Origin: Candidatus Sumerlaeaceae bacterium
GTDB lineage: Bacteria; Sumerlaeota; Sumerlaeia; Sumerlaeales; Sumerlaeaceae
Direction of reading: 5' to 3'
NCBI GenBank assembly: GCA_051003195.1
Contig: JBPCLP010000055.1
Coordinates: 58,313 to 122,312, forward strand
Length of the DNA stretch: 64,000 nt
Position numbers and translations under genes: made by a program. Each line of letters opens with the position of its first letter. Positions within the stretch are counted from its first letter, which is position 1. The notes under the pieces were generated by a model, which was given only the letters and a program-made list of their open reading frames with translations, was not told the DNA's origin and ran no database searches. Positions 40,267 to 50,600 of the stretch are shown one piece after another.

Positions 40267-42906
40267 TCATCCGCGCTTATGCTTCCGTGCCTGCCCGCCT
40301 CGTGGTGCCTTGGGCGACTCCCGCACATCCCGCTTCGCTGGATTTCGCTCCCCCTTTGGAGCCCGCGTCCTCCGCTCCCGCGAAGCAACCACGGCCACCG
40401 CCGGCCACGCCGGCAAACGCCACGCCACCAACAGACCCAACAACATTGTCCCGCACAGCGACACGAACATTCCCATCCGCAGACTCGCCGGCTGATACAT
40501 AAACTTTAGCGCCCTCGCGGGCTCCCGCACCTGCATCGCCTGGAACGCAACCTGCGCCGGCGCCACCTCCTGCCGCACGCCGTCCGCGTAGCCCTTCCAT
40601 CCGGGGTACAGGCTCTCCAGCAGTACCACAGTGCCGCTGAAAGCCGACGTCGGCAAAACGGTAATCGAGCCCGGCCGCTCAATGGCCGATTTCAATTCCC
40701 CGTTGAACACCGTCGCACTCGTCGCGTCACCCACCGGCGCTTCCAGCACTACTTCCGCAGTGGAAGAAAACCTCGCCAATTGCGCCAGCGCATCCTCCTC
40801 CGATTTGGCCGCCCGGTATTCTCGCGCAGCGAAAAGGCTGGACTGTCCATCCCATGGCGCGCGCCACACCCGCACACCACCGCCCGACCACTCCGGCGCG
40901 CCCAACCCCTCCGGCTGGCCTTCATCCGTCGTATAGAAACCCGTCACCCCCAGCGCGCGCATCACCGGCGAAATCGCCCACGCGTTCCCCTGGTATTGTG
41001 CACTGTTCGAAGCGGCCCCACTCGCCAGCGCCAGCAGATGATTCTGCCGCTTGCCCAGCAGCGCCGCATAGCCACCCGCCTGAGAAATGCCTTCCGCCAT
41101 CAGCTCGTTGCGGTTGCCGTTCCCCAGCATCATCATGCGCCCGCCGCCCGCCACTTCTCGGATCTTCTCCGACTGCTCCGGAGTCAGGCGAGTCTCGCCT
41201 ACCTTCGCGCGAAAACTATACGGGACCGCCATCGCCACGCACCACGCAGCAGCCGCCCCGGTCAAAACCATCCCGCGCCGAACCCGGCTCCAACCCAGCC
41301 GCGCCATGCCCCACACTACCCCAAGCAGAAGCAGCCATACACCCCCCGCCAGCGCCATCGCCCGACCAAAAACCGCGCCCCGCTCCACCGGCGATGCATC
41401 CCCGTGAAATTGACTCAACTGTGCCCCCGCCGGCAGCTCCGGGAAATGATCCCAGCCCCATCCATGCACCGCAAGCGATCCGAGCGCGCGCGCCGGCCCG
41501 CCAAACGCACTCCCCGGCGCCAGCCACCCCGGCACACCCACCACCAGCACAAGTACCGACGCGACAACCGCAACCATCCACGCGACGCCAGGTTTCCCGA
41601 AACTCCTACCCTTAACACGCGCTCGCTCCGTGGCGCCGACCCTCCTGTCTGCGGAATCTCGAGCCGCCGCCCTGCCTCCAGCAATCTTTTCCCCCGAACC
41701 ATCACCCGCCCCCAGCCACGCATCCAGGCCTACCGCCGCCACCGCCACCAGCGAAAACATCGCCGGAGCCATCAGCCGTGCCGGTACCCGAAACAACGAA
41801 AATCCCGGCAAGCTCGAAAACGCCATCCAGAAAAACGGCAACTGGCGCCCCACTGCCAGCAACGCACACACCGCCCCCGCCACCACATACGGCATCACCG
41901 CACGCCATCTGGACCCGCGCCAACCCGCCCCTCCGCGACCCATTAGCGCCAGCGCCGCCATCGCCAACACCAGGGGATTCACCACCAGCCCCGTCTCCCA
42001 GCCATACAGCCAGCGACCAAGGTACGGCCGGGCCGCAAACACATCCTCGCCCGTCGCTCCAAATCCATACGCTCCCGGGAAGATCGCGAGCAGAAAATTC
42101 TCCAGCGGGAAACTGAACGTACCCGCCTCGTACACCGACAGCTTCGTTCGCAGCGAGATCGTGCTCAGTTCCCACTGCGGAAACAAGAGCGCCGCACCCA
42201 CCGCCGCGCCCACGCCCACAACAAACACGTGTCCCTTCAGCCAGCGCACACCCGAAGCCACATTATAAACCGGCCAGCTCGCCAGCGAGATCAGCGTCCA
42301 CCACAGCGCCATGTAATACGCCATCTGGATATGGCACGCGAACAACAGCATCCCAAACGCCCCCGCCGCCAGACAAAGCATCCGCGCGCTCGCCCCCCGC
42401 CACCAGAGCGACCACGCGCCCACCAGCACAAAACCCCACACACACGCCGCGATAATATTAGGGTGCCCCCCCGTAATCCGCAGCACCACCGCGCCGCTCA
42501 TCGCCACCGACACCGCGCCAAACAGGCACGCCACCGGACGCAGCCCCAGCCCCGCCAGCCACCAGAACCCCGCCACAAATACCAGCACATGCAGCAGCAC
42601 AATCCACAGCGTCAGGCACACGCTCAGCGGCAGCGCCAGCAGCCAACCCCACGGCACCAGCAGCGACAACTGCCCCTCCGCCCACTGCGGAAACCCGCAG
42701 AAAATCAGCGGATTCCAGATCGGCAGACGACCCTCCAGCACCACCCCCCGCACCCACGCATACACCGGAAGATGATACGAACCCATATCGCTCAGTGCCA
42801 GCCCCGGCACACAACTCCCCATCCGCACCAGGTCCACCACATGATACACCAGCACCAGCGCCATCCCCCACAGCGCGTGCACTATAAACGAACGCCTCTC
42901 AGCCAC
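40267..42906 (-). CDS. YfhO-family membrane glycosyltransferase-like protein
   Basis: LPIWNPLIFCGFP, FSLFRVPAR, LLESLYPGWKGYADG, MYQPASL; many TM segments. Confidence 0.8.
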   Translation of the reverse strand: MAERRSFIVHALWGMALVLVYHVVDLVRMGSCVPGLALSDMGSYHLPVYAWVRGVVLEGRLPIWNPLIFCGFPQWAEGQLSLLVPWGWLLALPLSVCLTLWIVLLHVLVFVAGFWWLAGLGLRPVACLFGAVSVAMSGAVVLRITGGHPNIIAACVWGFVLVGAWSLWWRGASARMLCLAAGAFGMLLFACHIQMAYYMALWWTLISLASWPVYNVASGVRWLKGHVFVVGVGAAVGAALLFPQWELSTISLRTKLSVYEAGTFSFPLENFLLAIFPGAYGFGATGEDVFAARPYLGRWLYGWETGLVVNPLVLAMAALALMGRGGAGWRGSRWRAVMPYVVAGAVCALLAVGRQLPFFWMAFSSLPGFSLFRVPARLMAPAMFSLVAVAAVGLDAWLGAGDGSGEKIAGGRAAARDSADRRVGATERARVKGRSFGKPGVAWMVAVVASVLVLVVGVPGWLAPGSAFGGPARALGSLAVHGWGWDHFPELPAGAQLSQFHGDASPVERGAVFGRAMALAGGVWLLLLGVVWGMARLGWSRVRRGMVLTGAAAAWCVAMAVPYSFRAKVGETRLTPEQSEKIREVAGGGRMMMLGNGNRNELMAEGISQAGGYAALLGKRQNHLLALASGAASNSAQYQGNAWAISPVMRALGVTGFYTTDEGQPEGLGAPEWSGGGVRVWRAPWDGQSSLFAAREYRAAKSEEDALAQLARFSSTAEVVLEAPVGDATSATVFNGELKSAIERPGSITVLPTSAFSGTVVLLESLYPGWKGYADGVRQEVAPAQVAFQAMQVREPARALKFMYQPASLRMGMFVSLCGTMLLGLLVAWRLPAWPAVAVVASRERRTRAPKGERNPAKRDVRESPKAPRGGQARKHKRG

Positions 42907-42950
42907 CGAACTCAGGTCGATGCCTCACTAAATCACTGTGACTAGCACGA

Positions 42951-43151
42951 GAGAGTGGTATCCGTCAAATTCGCCGCAGAATTCCGGCGGAATCTTTTTT
43001 GCACCGAAGGTGCAGCGGAACACAGCCCAAGGTAAGGACTCCGGCTTTTTGGAGTCCGCAGCCCTGGGTTACGGCAACCCCGTTTCTCGCGCCCTGAAGG
43101 GGCGCCGGAAAGCACGAAAATTTCGTAACGAGTCTCTGGGACACCACACAA
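42951..43151. repeat. REP-like element family B copy 2
   Basis: Core nearly identical to 24849-25008; left end GAGAGTGGTATCCGTCAAATTCG resembles the reverse complement of the family A right end. Confidence 0.8.
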
Positions 43152-43248
43152 GTGTCCCGTCCCAGAAGTTCATAGCGATACTTCAGGAGGCTTTCGAGCT
43201 CCGGACGGCACACAAAACCAGTGAACGAATTAATGGGATACCACACCA
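43150..43248. repeat. Diverged family A copy abutting family B copy 2
   Basis: AAGTGTCCCGTCC-CAGAAGTT...GGACGGCACAC-AAAACC...ACGAATTAATGGGATACCACACCA. Confidence 0.75.
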
Positions 43249-43443
43249 GGACATAAATGCATATCGGACCGCTTTGGATGCAATGAACTGCCGGTAAAGA
43301 TTAATCTGCCATGCGGGAAGCGTATAAAGGGGCGAGGCGGGCAACGCGCCGCTAGGATTCAATTGTGCATGTTGCGCGTTTTGAGCGTGACACCCACCGG
43401 AAGATAAAACAGGCATCCATTACCAGCCACTGAATTCGAGCGT

Positions 43444-45543
43444 ATGCCCAGTCGCGCGCCAAAGCGCAAAAAGAAACTTCCGATTGCCCGCGAGACAACC
43501 AATTCCCGGAAAGCCGCGAGCCGCCGTGCACTGGTGGTCGATTTCCGTGAGCCACCTTTTCTGGCTGCGCCGCTGCTGCTGCTCGTCCTGCTCTTTGCCA
43601 TCGTCGCCGCACTTTTCAGCATCTCAGACCCTGACATCTGGTGGCACCTCAAGACCGGGCAGTGGATTTTGTCAAATAGCACGCTACCATGGAAAGAGCC
43701 GTTTACCCATACCGTGCCGGAGGGTAAAACGTGGTATGACGTGCACTGGTTATTCCAGGTTTTCGCAGCGGCGATTCACAGGATGGCTGGTTGGAATGGG
43801 CTCATTGGCTCACGTGCGCTCCTCGTCTGTCTGTTTGCCGGCATACTGTGGAAATGGCTGCAGTCACTCGCGTATTCAGCCGTATTCCGGGCTGCCACAA
43901 TCGTTCTCGTGCTGGGTGTTTGCCGGGAACGATTCGCTTTCCGGCCAGAGCTGCCAACGTTCGCGCTCGTCGCCCTTGTGTTGTACCTTTACGATCGCGC
44001 GGTTCGGCTGCGTAAACTCCCCATCCTTGCCCTCTTTGGCATCCAGTTGTTCTGGGCTAACTGGCACAGCTCATGTATCCTGGGCTTAGCACTCGGGACA
44101 TTGTTCGCCGCGTGCGTAGCGTGGCAACGCAGACAATTCGGCCGCAGCGGATTCGACGACCCTTCGTTTTCAACACGCAGCCTGCTGCTTTTCTGCGCGG
44201 GCCTGCTGGGAGCATCGCTGCTCAACCCCAACGGCTATGTACCACTCATCTATGGACTGGGCGAAAGCCAGAAAAAGTACGTACTCGAATTTAAACCGCT
44301 GCAGTTCGGAATGCTCTGGGAATCGCTCGGACTTGTTCTCATATTGCTCCCATTCGGCTGGCGCGTATTCACGCGCGCTCCACGCTATTACTGGTGGATC
44401 GTGCTGGCGGCTTTCGCAGTGGCGATGCTACAGACAAACCGGTTCAAAGTTTACTTCGCGATTGCCGCCGCACCGGGCATTGCAGAAGCCCTCAAAAACC
44501 TCACTCTCTGGCTTCTGCAAAAACCGCGTGTATCTCGTTACGGTGGCATCGCCGCCGGTATCCTCCTGATTGTCGCAGCGGTTGGGGCATCGCTTCATCA
44601 CGACCAGAAAGATCATCCCTTTCTCTCTTTCGGCGCCGACACCGCCGGCTACCCCGTACATGCCTGCGAGTTTGTAGTGCGCGAAAACCTGCACGGGCGA
44701 CTGTATAACGACATGGGCAACGGGGGATACCTGCTGTGGAAGCTGGCGCCTGAACGAAAGGTCCTCGTTTTCGGAGAGACGCGGCTGAACGGTCCGCTAC
44801 TGGATAGAATGTACGCGCGACCAAACACACCCGATGACTGGCGCAAAATCTTCGACGACACCGCCGTTACCTACGCGGTGCTCAATTGTGCGACCGGGAA
44901 GGCGATCCAGGCGGGGAGTAAAACGGTACCCCAGGTCATCCAGGATTTATGGGCAGACTGGATACTGGTATTCTGGGACGACGACGCCATGGTTTTTGCA
45001 AAAGACCTCCCGGAAAATCGCGATCTGATCGCGCGACGCGCATGCATTGTTAATCCGGAGGCCATCCCCTACCGCAATTCCCCGGTTGACGACATCAGTT
45101 CGCTCGAGGCTCTTGCGAAAGACACCAAAAAATGGCCCGCGGTGGAAACGGAACTGAACCGCGCCATCAAGGATAGCCCCCGGCATTTTCGCGCCGCCCT
45201 TGCTCTCGGGCTCATGCGTGACGCGCGCGGCGATAACACCACTGGCGCACTCCAGGCATATAAAGTAGCCGAGTCAATCGACCCTGATTCCCCGCAGGTC
45301 GTGCAGGCCCTCGGCCGTTGGCACATAGCATACGGTCGCCCCGAGGATGCAATCCACTACATGAAGCGTGCTGCACCCTTGATGAACAGCGCCGATGGCT
45401 ATTACTACCTGGCCAAAATGCAATCGGAGACTGGGCAGCACGAAGAGGCTCTGGACAACCTGGATACGGCCTTGGAACTTGAACCATCGTACACTGCCGC
45501 GATCAACCTGCGCGCGGCGATTCGCGCGAAAAGCAAACTTTGA
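43444..45543 (+). CDS. GT-C-like membrane protein (DIWWHL type) with C-terminal TPRs
   Basis: DPDIWWHL.TG, RPE, WANWH, LNPNG, LYNDMGNGGYL, TPR-like tail. Confidence 0.75.
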   Translation: MPSRAPKRKKKLPIARETTNSRKAASRRALVVDFREPPFLAAPLLLLVLLFAIVAALFSISDPDIWWHLKTGQWILSNSTLPWKEPFTHTVPEGKTWYDVHWLFQVFAAAIHRMAGWNGLIGSRALLVCLFAGILWKWLQSLAYSAVFRAATIVLVLGVCRERFAFRPELPTFALVALVLYLYDRAVRLRKLPILALFGIQLFWANWHSSCILGLALGTLFAACVAWQRRQFGRSGFDDPSFSTRSLLLFCAGLLGASLLNPNGYVPLIYGLGESQKKYVLEFKPLQFGMLWESLGLVLILLPFGWRVFTRAPRYYWWIVLAAFAVAMLQTNRFKVYFAIAAAPGIAEALKNLTLWLLQKPRVSRYGGIAAGILLIVAAVGASLHHDQKDHPFLSFGADTAGYPVHACEFVVRENLHGRLYNDMGNGGYLLWKLAPERKVLVFGETRLNGPLLDRMYARPNTPDDWRKIFDDTAVTYAVLNCATGKAIQAGSKTVPQVIQDLWADWILVFWDDDAMVFAKDLPENRDLIARRACIVNPEAIPYRNSPVDDISSLEALAKDTKKWPAVETELNRAIKDSPRHFRAALALGLMRDARGDNTTGALQAYKVAESIDPDSPQVVQALGRWHIAYGRPEDAIHYMKRAAPLMNSADGYYYLAKMQSETGQHEEALDNLDTALELEPSYTAAINLRAAIRAKSKL

Positions 45544-47447
45544 AGAAGCGAGTAAGGGCGAGCGGGCGGCTGAAACAAAACAGCGCTGGCCACCCTCCAC
45601 GGAAACGCGAAGCCGGGAATGAGAGAGATCCCAGGCACTCACGGGCAATGTGGCTGGGCGTTGCCCTTGCCCTGATTTGCATAGTAGTCTACGCCCCGAC
45701 TTTTCACAACGAGTTCGTTATGTGGGACGACGATCTACTCGTCTACGCCAACCCATTTCTAAATCCTCCCACACTCGCAAACCTGAAACGCTTCTGGGTC
45801 TCGCCATTTGAGGGCCTGTACAATCCATTCACCTACATGAGCTACGGGCTTGGGATTACCCTCGCCGGCTTGAAACCGCAAGTGGTGCACGCCGGCAACC
45901 TGCTGCTGCACATCGGTTCCACGTTTCTGGTATGGAGAATCCTTACGCGGCTTCTGGGCCGCGCCAACCTGGTTGCCGCCGCTGTGGGCGCATTGGTTTT
46001 CGCCATACATCCGCTCCAGGCCGAGACCATCTGCTGGGCGTCGGAACGCAAGGGATGTCTTGGGGGTTTCTTTAGCTTTGCCGCACTGTATTTCTACCTC
46101 CGCGCCCGCATACCGGGCAACAATGCCAGCGCTCCATCTGACGAACCCGCCTTCAGCAGATCGAATATTCCGAGCTACGCCGCTTCCTGGTGTTGTTTCG
46201 TCCTCGCACTGCTGTCCAAACCTTCTCCGGTTTCCCTCCCGTTGGCGATGTTCGCGATCGACGTTACCCTGTTGCGCGACAAACCCCTCCGTTCGCTGTG
46301 GCGGCTCACCCCGTGGCTTGCCGTCGCCATTGTAGCCACCGTGACTGCAATGCACGCGCAACCCGTCGTGGAATCCATTCGTCAATCTTATCCGCCGGCG
46401 TGGCTGAGACCAACGGTCGCCGCCGACGCACTCGCTTTCTACTTTAGAAAAATCCTGGTGCCGGTTGGGCTCGCTCCAGTTTATACCCGCCACGCTCACG
46501 TGGTCGCCGGCACATGGATCAGCTGGATCGAACTTGCACTGGCTGCCGGGGCATTGGCTGGGCTGCTGCGACTGGGTCGTATCTGGACCGCCGCAGCTGC
46601 TGTTTCAATCACATCCCTAATGCCGGTACTCGGGTTCTTCCCATCCAGTTACCAGATGTATTCGACTGTCGCTGACCGCTATGTCTATTTAGCCATGCTG
46701 GGGGTTGCCCTCGGAGTGTCGGCGTTTTTTGCAAATCTCACCTCAAAGTCACCGGGATATCGTCGTGCGGCTTTCACTGCGTTCGGTTTGTGGATCACTT
46801 TTTTAGCGGGCATGTGTTTTCGACAGGCAAATTTCTGGCGGGACTCTGAAACACTTTGGAGGCGTGGTATCGCCATTTCTCCCAACTCCCCAAGCCCCCA
46901 CGTCAGCCTGGCATCGGTGCACGGCAAGGCACATCGTGCTGCGGATGCCCTACGCGAGATCGACACCGCCCTTTCGCTGGATCCAAAGTTTGCTCTCGCA
47001 CACAAGAACCGTGGAATCGTGCTTTCCTCACAAAACCGCAATGAAGAGGCAGTGCTCTCGTTCCAGCGCGCTATTGAGCTTGATTCCACCCACGCAGGTA
47101 CATACCTCGTGCTGGCAAACACCCTTGGCCAGATGCACCGGCTTGACGACGCCATCGCACAATACAGGGAAGCGCTGCGCTTCGATCCGAACTATCTGGA
47201 CGCGCACCTGAATCTTGCCTCCGCACTATTCCAGGCGGGGCGGATAACGGAGTGTGAGTCCCAATTGCAAACGGCCCTGCATCTCACCCCTTCATCCGCC
47301 AAAGCGCATAAGCGCCTGGGGCAATTGCGAGGCAGCCAGGGACGCCTCAGTGATGCGCTAAAGCACTTCCGTTTAGCCGTGGAACTTGATGCGTCAGATA
47401 TTGAAGCTGCTGAACTTCTGGCTCGAACCGCGGCGGATCTCCAGTGA
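45540..47447 (+). CDS. TMTC-like GT-C membrane glycosyltransferase with multiple TPRs
   Basis: FVMWDD loop, NLLLH, HPLQAE.I.WASERK, LLSKP, ADRYVYL, W.DSETLW, tandem TPRs; paralog of 27035. Confidence 0.85.
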   Translation: MKKRVRASGRLKQNSAGHPPRKREAGNERDPRHSRAMWLGVALALICIVVYAPTFHNEFVMWDDDLLVYANPFLNPPTLANLKRFWVSPFEGLYNPFTYMSYGLGITLAGLKPQVVHAGNLLLHIGSTFLVWRILTRLLGRANLVAAAVGALVFAIHPLQAETICWASERKGCLGGFFSFAALYFYLRARIPGNNASAPSDEPAFSRSNIPSYAASWCCFVLALLSKPSPVSLPLAMFAIDVTLLRDKPLRSLWRLTPWLAVAIVATVTAMHAQPVVESIRQSYPPAWLRPTVAADALAFYFRKILVPVGLAPVYTRHAHVVAGTWISWIELALAAGALAGLLRLGRIWTAAAAVSITSLMPVLGFFPSSYQMYSTVADRYVYLAMLGVALGVSAFFANLTSKSPGYRRAAFTAFGLWITFLAGMCFRQANFWRDSETLWRRGIAISPNSPSPHVSLASVHGKAHRAADALREIDTALSLDPKFALAHKNRGIVLSSQNRNEEAVLSFQRAIELDSTHAGTYLVLANTLGQMHRLDDAIAQYREALRFDPNYLDAHLNLASALFQAGRITECESQLQTALHLTPSSAKAHKRLGQLRGSQGRLSDALKHFRLAVELDASDIEAAELLARTAADLQ

Positions 47448-47619
47448 GGCGGATAGTTGGATTGCACAGGTCCAGAGCTAAGCTGTAGGACGTTTCCTAC
47501 GACAAAAAATGTGCCCATCCTACGCATTGAGGCATTGATACCCTTTAAGGAATGGCACATACAACACGGATGGACAGCGCTCGCGCCGACCAATCAACGT
47601 TTCCTCAGGAGAAAAAAGT

Positions 47620-50600
47620 ATGAAGCACATTTTTTGGGGCAGGTTAGTCGGCGCATGTCTTGCCCTGACAGCCTCCCTTGGTTTTACCGCCCCATATGCG
47701 ACCACCGGCGCCGGGTCCTCAACGATTGGTACTGGCGGGGACTATACGACCTTTTACGATGCCTGCAAGGCAATCTCCGGTTCCACCAATGGCAATACCG
47801 TGACCAACAAGGTGCGAACGACTAACGTTTGCACACTTACACTTGGTGCGGTTCCCGGGTTTGTCGTAGGTGACGAGATAACAGTCTCAATCGGCGATAC
47901 GGTGTTCGACGGTGACGCTGCGGTTACAGTGGTTGCGGGCAATAACGTTTCCTTCGCCCGAAACGGCGCCAACGTGGCCTCGACGGCTGTAACACCCGTT
48001 GCCGATCAGGTTTGGAAGATAAATGGAACCGGGACGCGCGATGGTACGGCCTGGACGTTCTCTATCCTGAACGATCTCACGGAAACACTGAAGGCGAACA
48101 TACGGTGTACCGTCGCGGTGGGCGGCAGTATCACGTTCAAGCCATCTGCTGGTGTACGGCCGACCGTTACATGGCCCAGTACGATCGCGGCTACCAGTGG
48201 TGCGGGTGTGAACGGAACGATCGTAATTGGTACCGGCCGTTCAGTGGTTACTTATACTTCTACCAACAACATCTTCTTTGACGGTTCGAACAACGGCACG
48301 ACTTCGCGTGATATGACCTTCCAGAATGGCACGTCCGACACCGAAGGTGCCGCGGGTCTGTTCCGTATTCGCGGTAACTGTGATGGCATCCAGATCAAGA
48401 ACATGATCATTCATGACGTTGCCAATTCCACTTCGAATCCGATTGCCGTCCAGTTTAGTTCGGATGGCGTCTCCCCGGATACGAACAAGTGCCCTGACAA
48501 CTGGATCGTCGACAATTGCCTGATCGACACCTGTCAGACCAGCAATGCCTTTGGAAACTCCTTCCTGGGCAGCGGCATTACTTCAGTAATCAGTGGCACA
48601 GTAACAGCCCAGGCGCAGTCGAATTTCCAGATCACCAATAACGTCATCTATGCAGGTACGCGCCCCATTTTCAGCACGAACTGGGCAGGCGGTACAATCA
48701 GAGGTAACGTAATTCACGGCAATCCAAGTGCCGGCGCTTTGGGCTATGGCATCGACCAGTCTTCCGCTAACGTCGTTACCACCGGCTACACCTTGACAAT
48801 CGACCGCAATATTATCGACATACTCGGCAGCCCAACTTCGGCCCTCGGTGCATTCGGCATGAACGGTATCCGCGTTGCGCCTACGACTGGCGCGGCGGCA
48901 AACACGATCGTAAACATAACCAACAACATGATCGGTGGCTGGATCTTTACAGCAGCTGCTGCAACTGAGTTCCAGTACAAGGGCATCGAAGTTGTTGGAG
49001 GCAACACAAGTGCTGGATCCGCTGTTACAATCGAGCACAACTCCCTCAACATGAACAGCAGCGGAGCGGTAACTGGTGGCACTGCTACCAACTGTTTCGG
49101 CATTGGCCGCAATACAGCCACTGCCATCCCGGTAGCTGTTAAAAACAACATCGTTCGATTCCTCCATACAGGTGCGAACGCTCACGCCTTCTTTGCTTTG
49201 ACCACTGCTGTTGGCTTTACGGCCAACGGTAACGATATTTTCACCAACACCGCAAAAGTTGGCAGCATCGGCGGAACGGCTTACGCCACCTTTGCAGCAT
49301 GGCAGGCCGGTGGCTTTGATGCCAATGGGCAGAATGTCGACCCAAGTGCTCTTTGGGCAGCTTCTGGCGCAAATACCGGAAACGATCTGCATCTGACGTC
49401 GGCTGGTGCTTTGGTCGGAACGGGTGTGGTTACTACCTTAAGCAGTGACGTTGACGGCGAAGCTCGTAACATAGCCGGACTGGCACTTCCCGGCTGCGAC
49501 GTCGTTGGAAGCGCTTCCCAGACCTACACTTGGGTTGGTGGCAGCACTGGCGCATGGAACGACGCCGCGAACTGGGGTCCGTCTCCTCGCACGACACCGA
49601 AGTACAACGATGTGATCTCCCTCGACGGCGTGACTGCAACCATCACGGACGTTCAGGATCAGCATCTTGCGGGCCTGAAGGTGCTTAACGGCACCAGCGT
49701 CACACTTCAGTCCAACAACGGCATTCAGCGGCTGTTTATCTGGAACGGCGATGCCGGAGCAACGGCGGACTTCTCGGTTGCGGCTGGCAATACGCTGACC
49801 TTTGGCGGACCGAGCTCTTCGGGGCAGAAGGGTGGCATTTACCTCGATTTAAATGGCAGCTCCACTGGCGCAATTGACGGCGATGTCGTTTTGCGCGCTC
49901 AGCAGGTCGTCACCCCCCATCACCTCACGAGCAAGTTGGCAGGTGGACTTTCGATTAACAGTGGTGGCACAATTGCCAACGCTCCGGACGCGTCGACAAA
50001 TGGCAACGCTTTCGGCGGCGGAGCAGTAGCAGGCGGCCACGTGACGGAAGGTGCGTGGGGACAGACTGCTAATACACCTGGCGTCGTATTCCAGTCCGGG
50101 TCGTCATATCATGCTGGTGGGCTGTCTAACGGTACCACTAGTGCAGCGGGCCCGACTAACCCGTTCGTACTGACGGCACCTAACTCAATGATCGAAATGA
50201 AACTGGGCAGCAATTACGTAGCTTGGGGAACTGGTGCTCCAGCTTATTCCGGTCGCACTTTCGGGTATGGTGGAAACCTGACACTCCGGCACAATGGGAC
50301 CGTCAACTCCACTGGTGCTGGCGGTGTAACCATCGGTGGCACTCTGAGCACGCAGGATAGCCTGGGTGTGCAGGGCGCTGCTGGATTTAACCTGACCGCT
50401 CTCGTCACCTTGGGCGGTATCAGTGTTCCGAGCAGCAATGCACCCGTTCTGAACATCGTTCCCGCCAGTGCCGCGACGCACGCGGTTAATGGGAATATCG
50501 ACCTGGGCAACGGGTCTCTTGCGAGCCTTGGCGCGAACCTGACACTTAATCTCAATGGTAGTGCGGCACAAAGCGTCAACCTTGGTGGCATCACTGCTCC

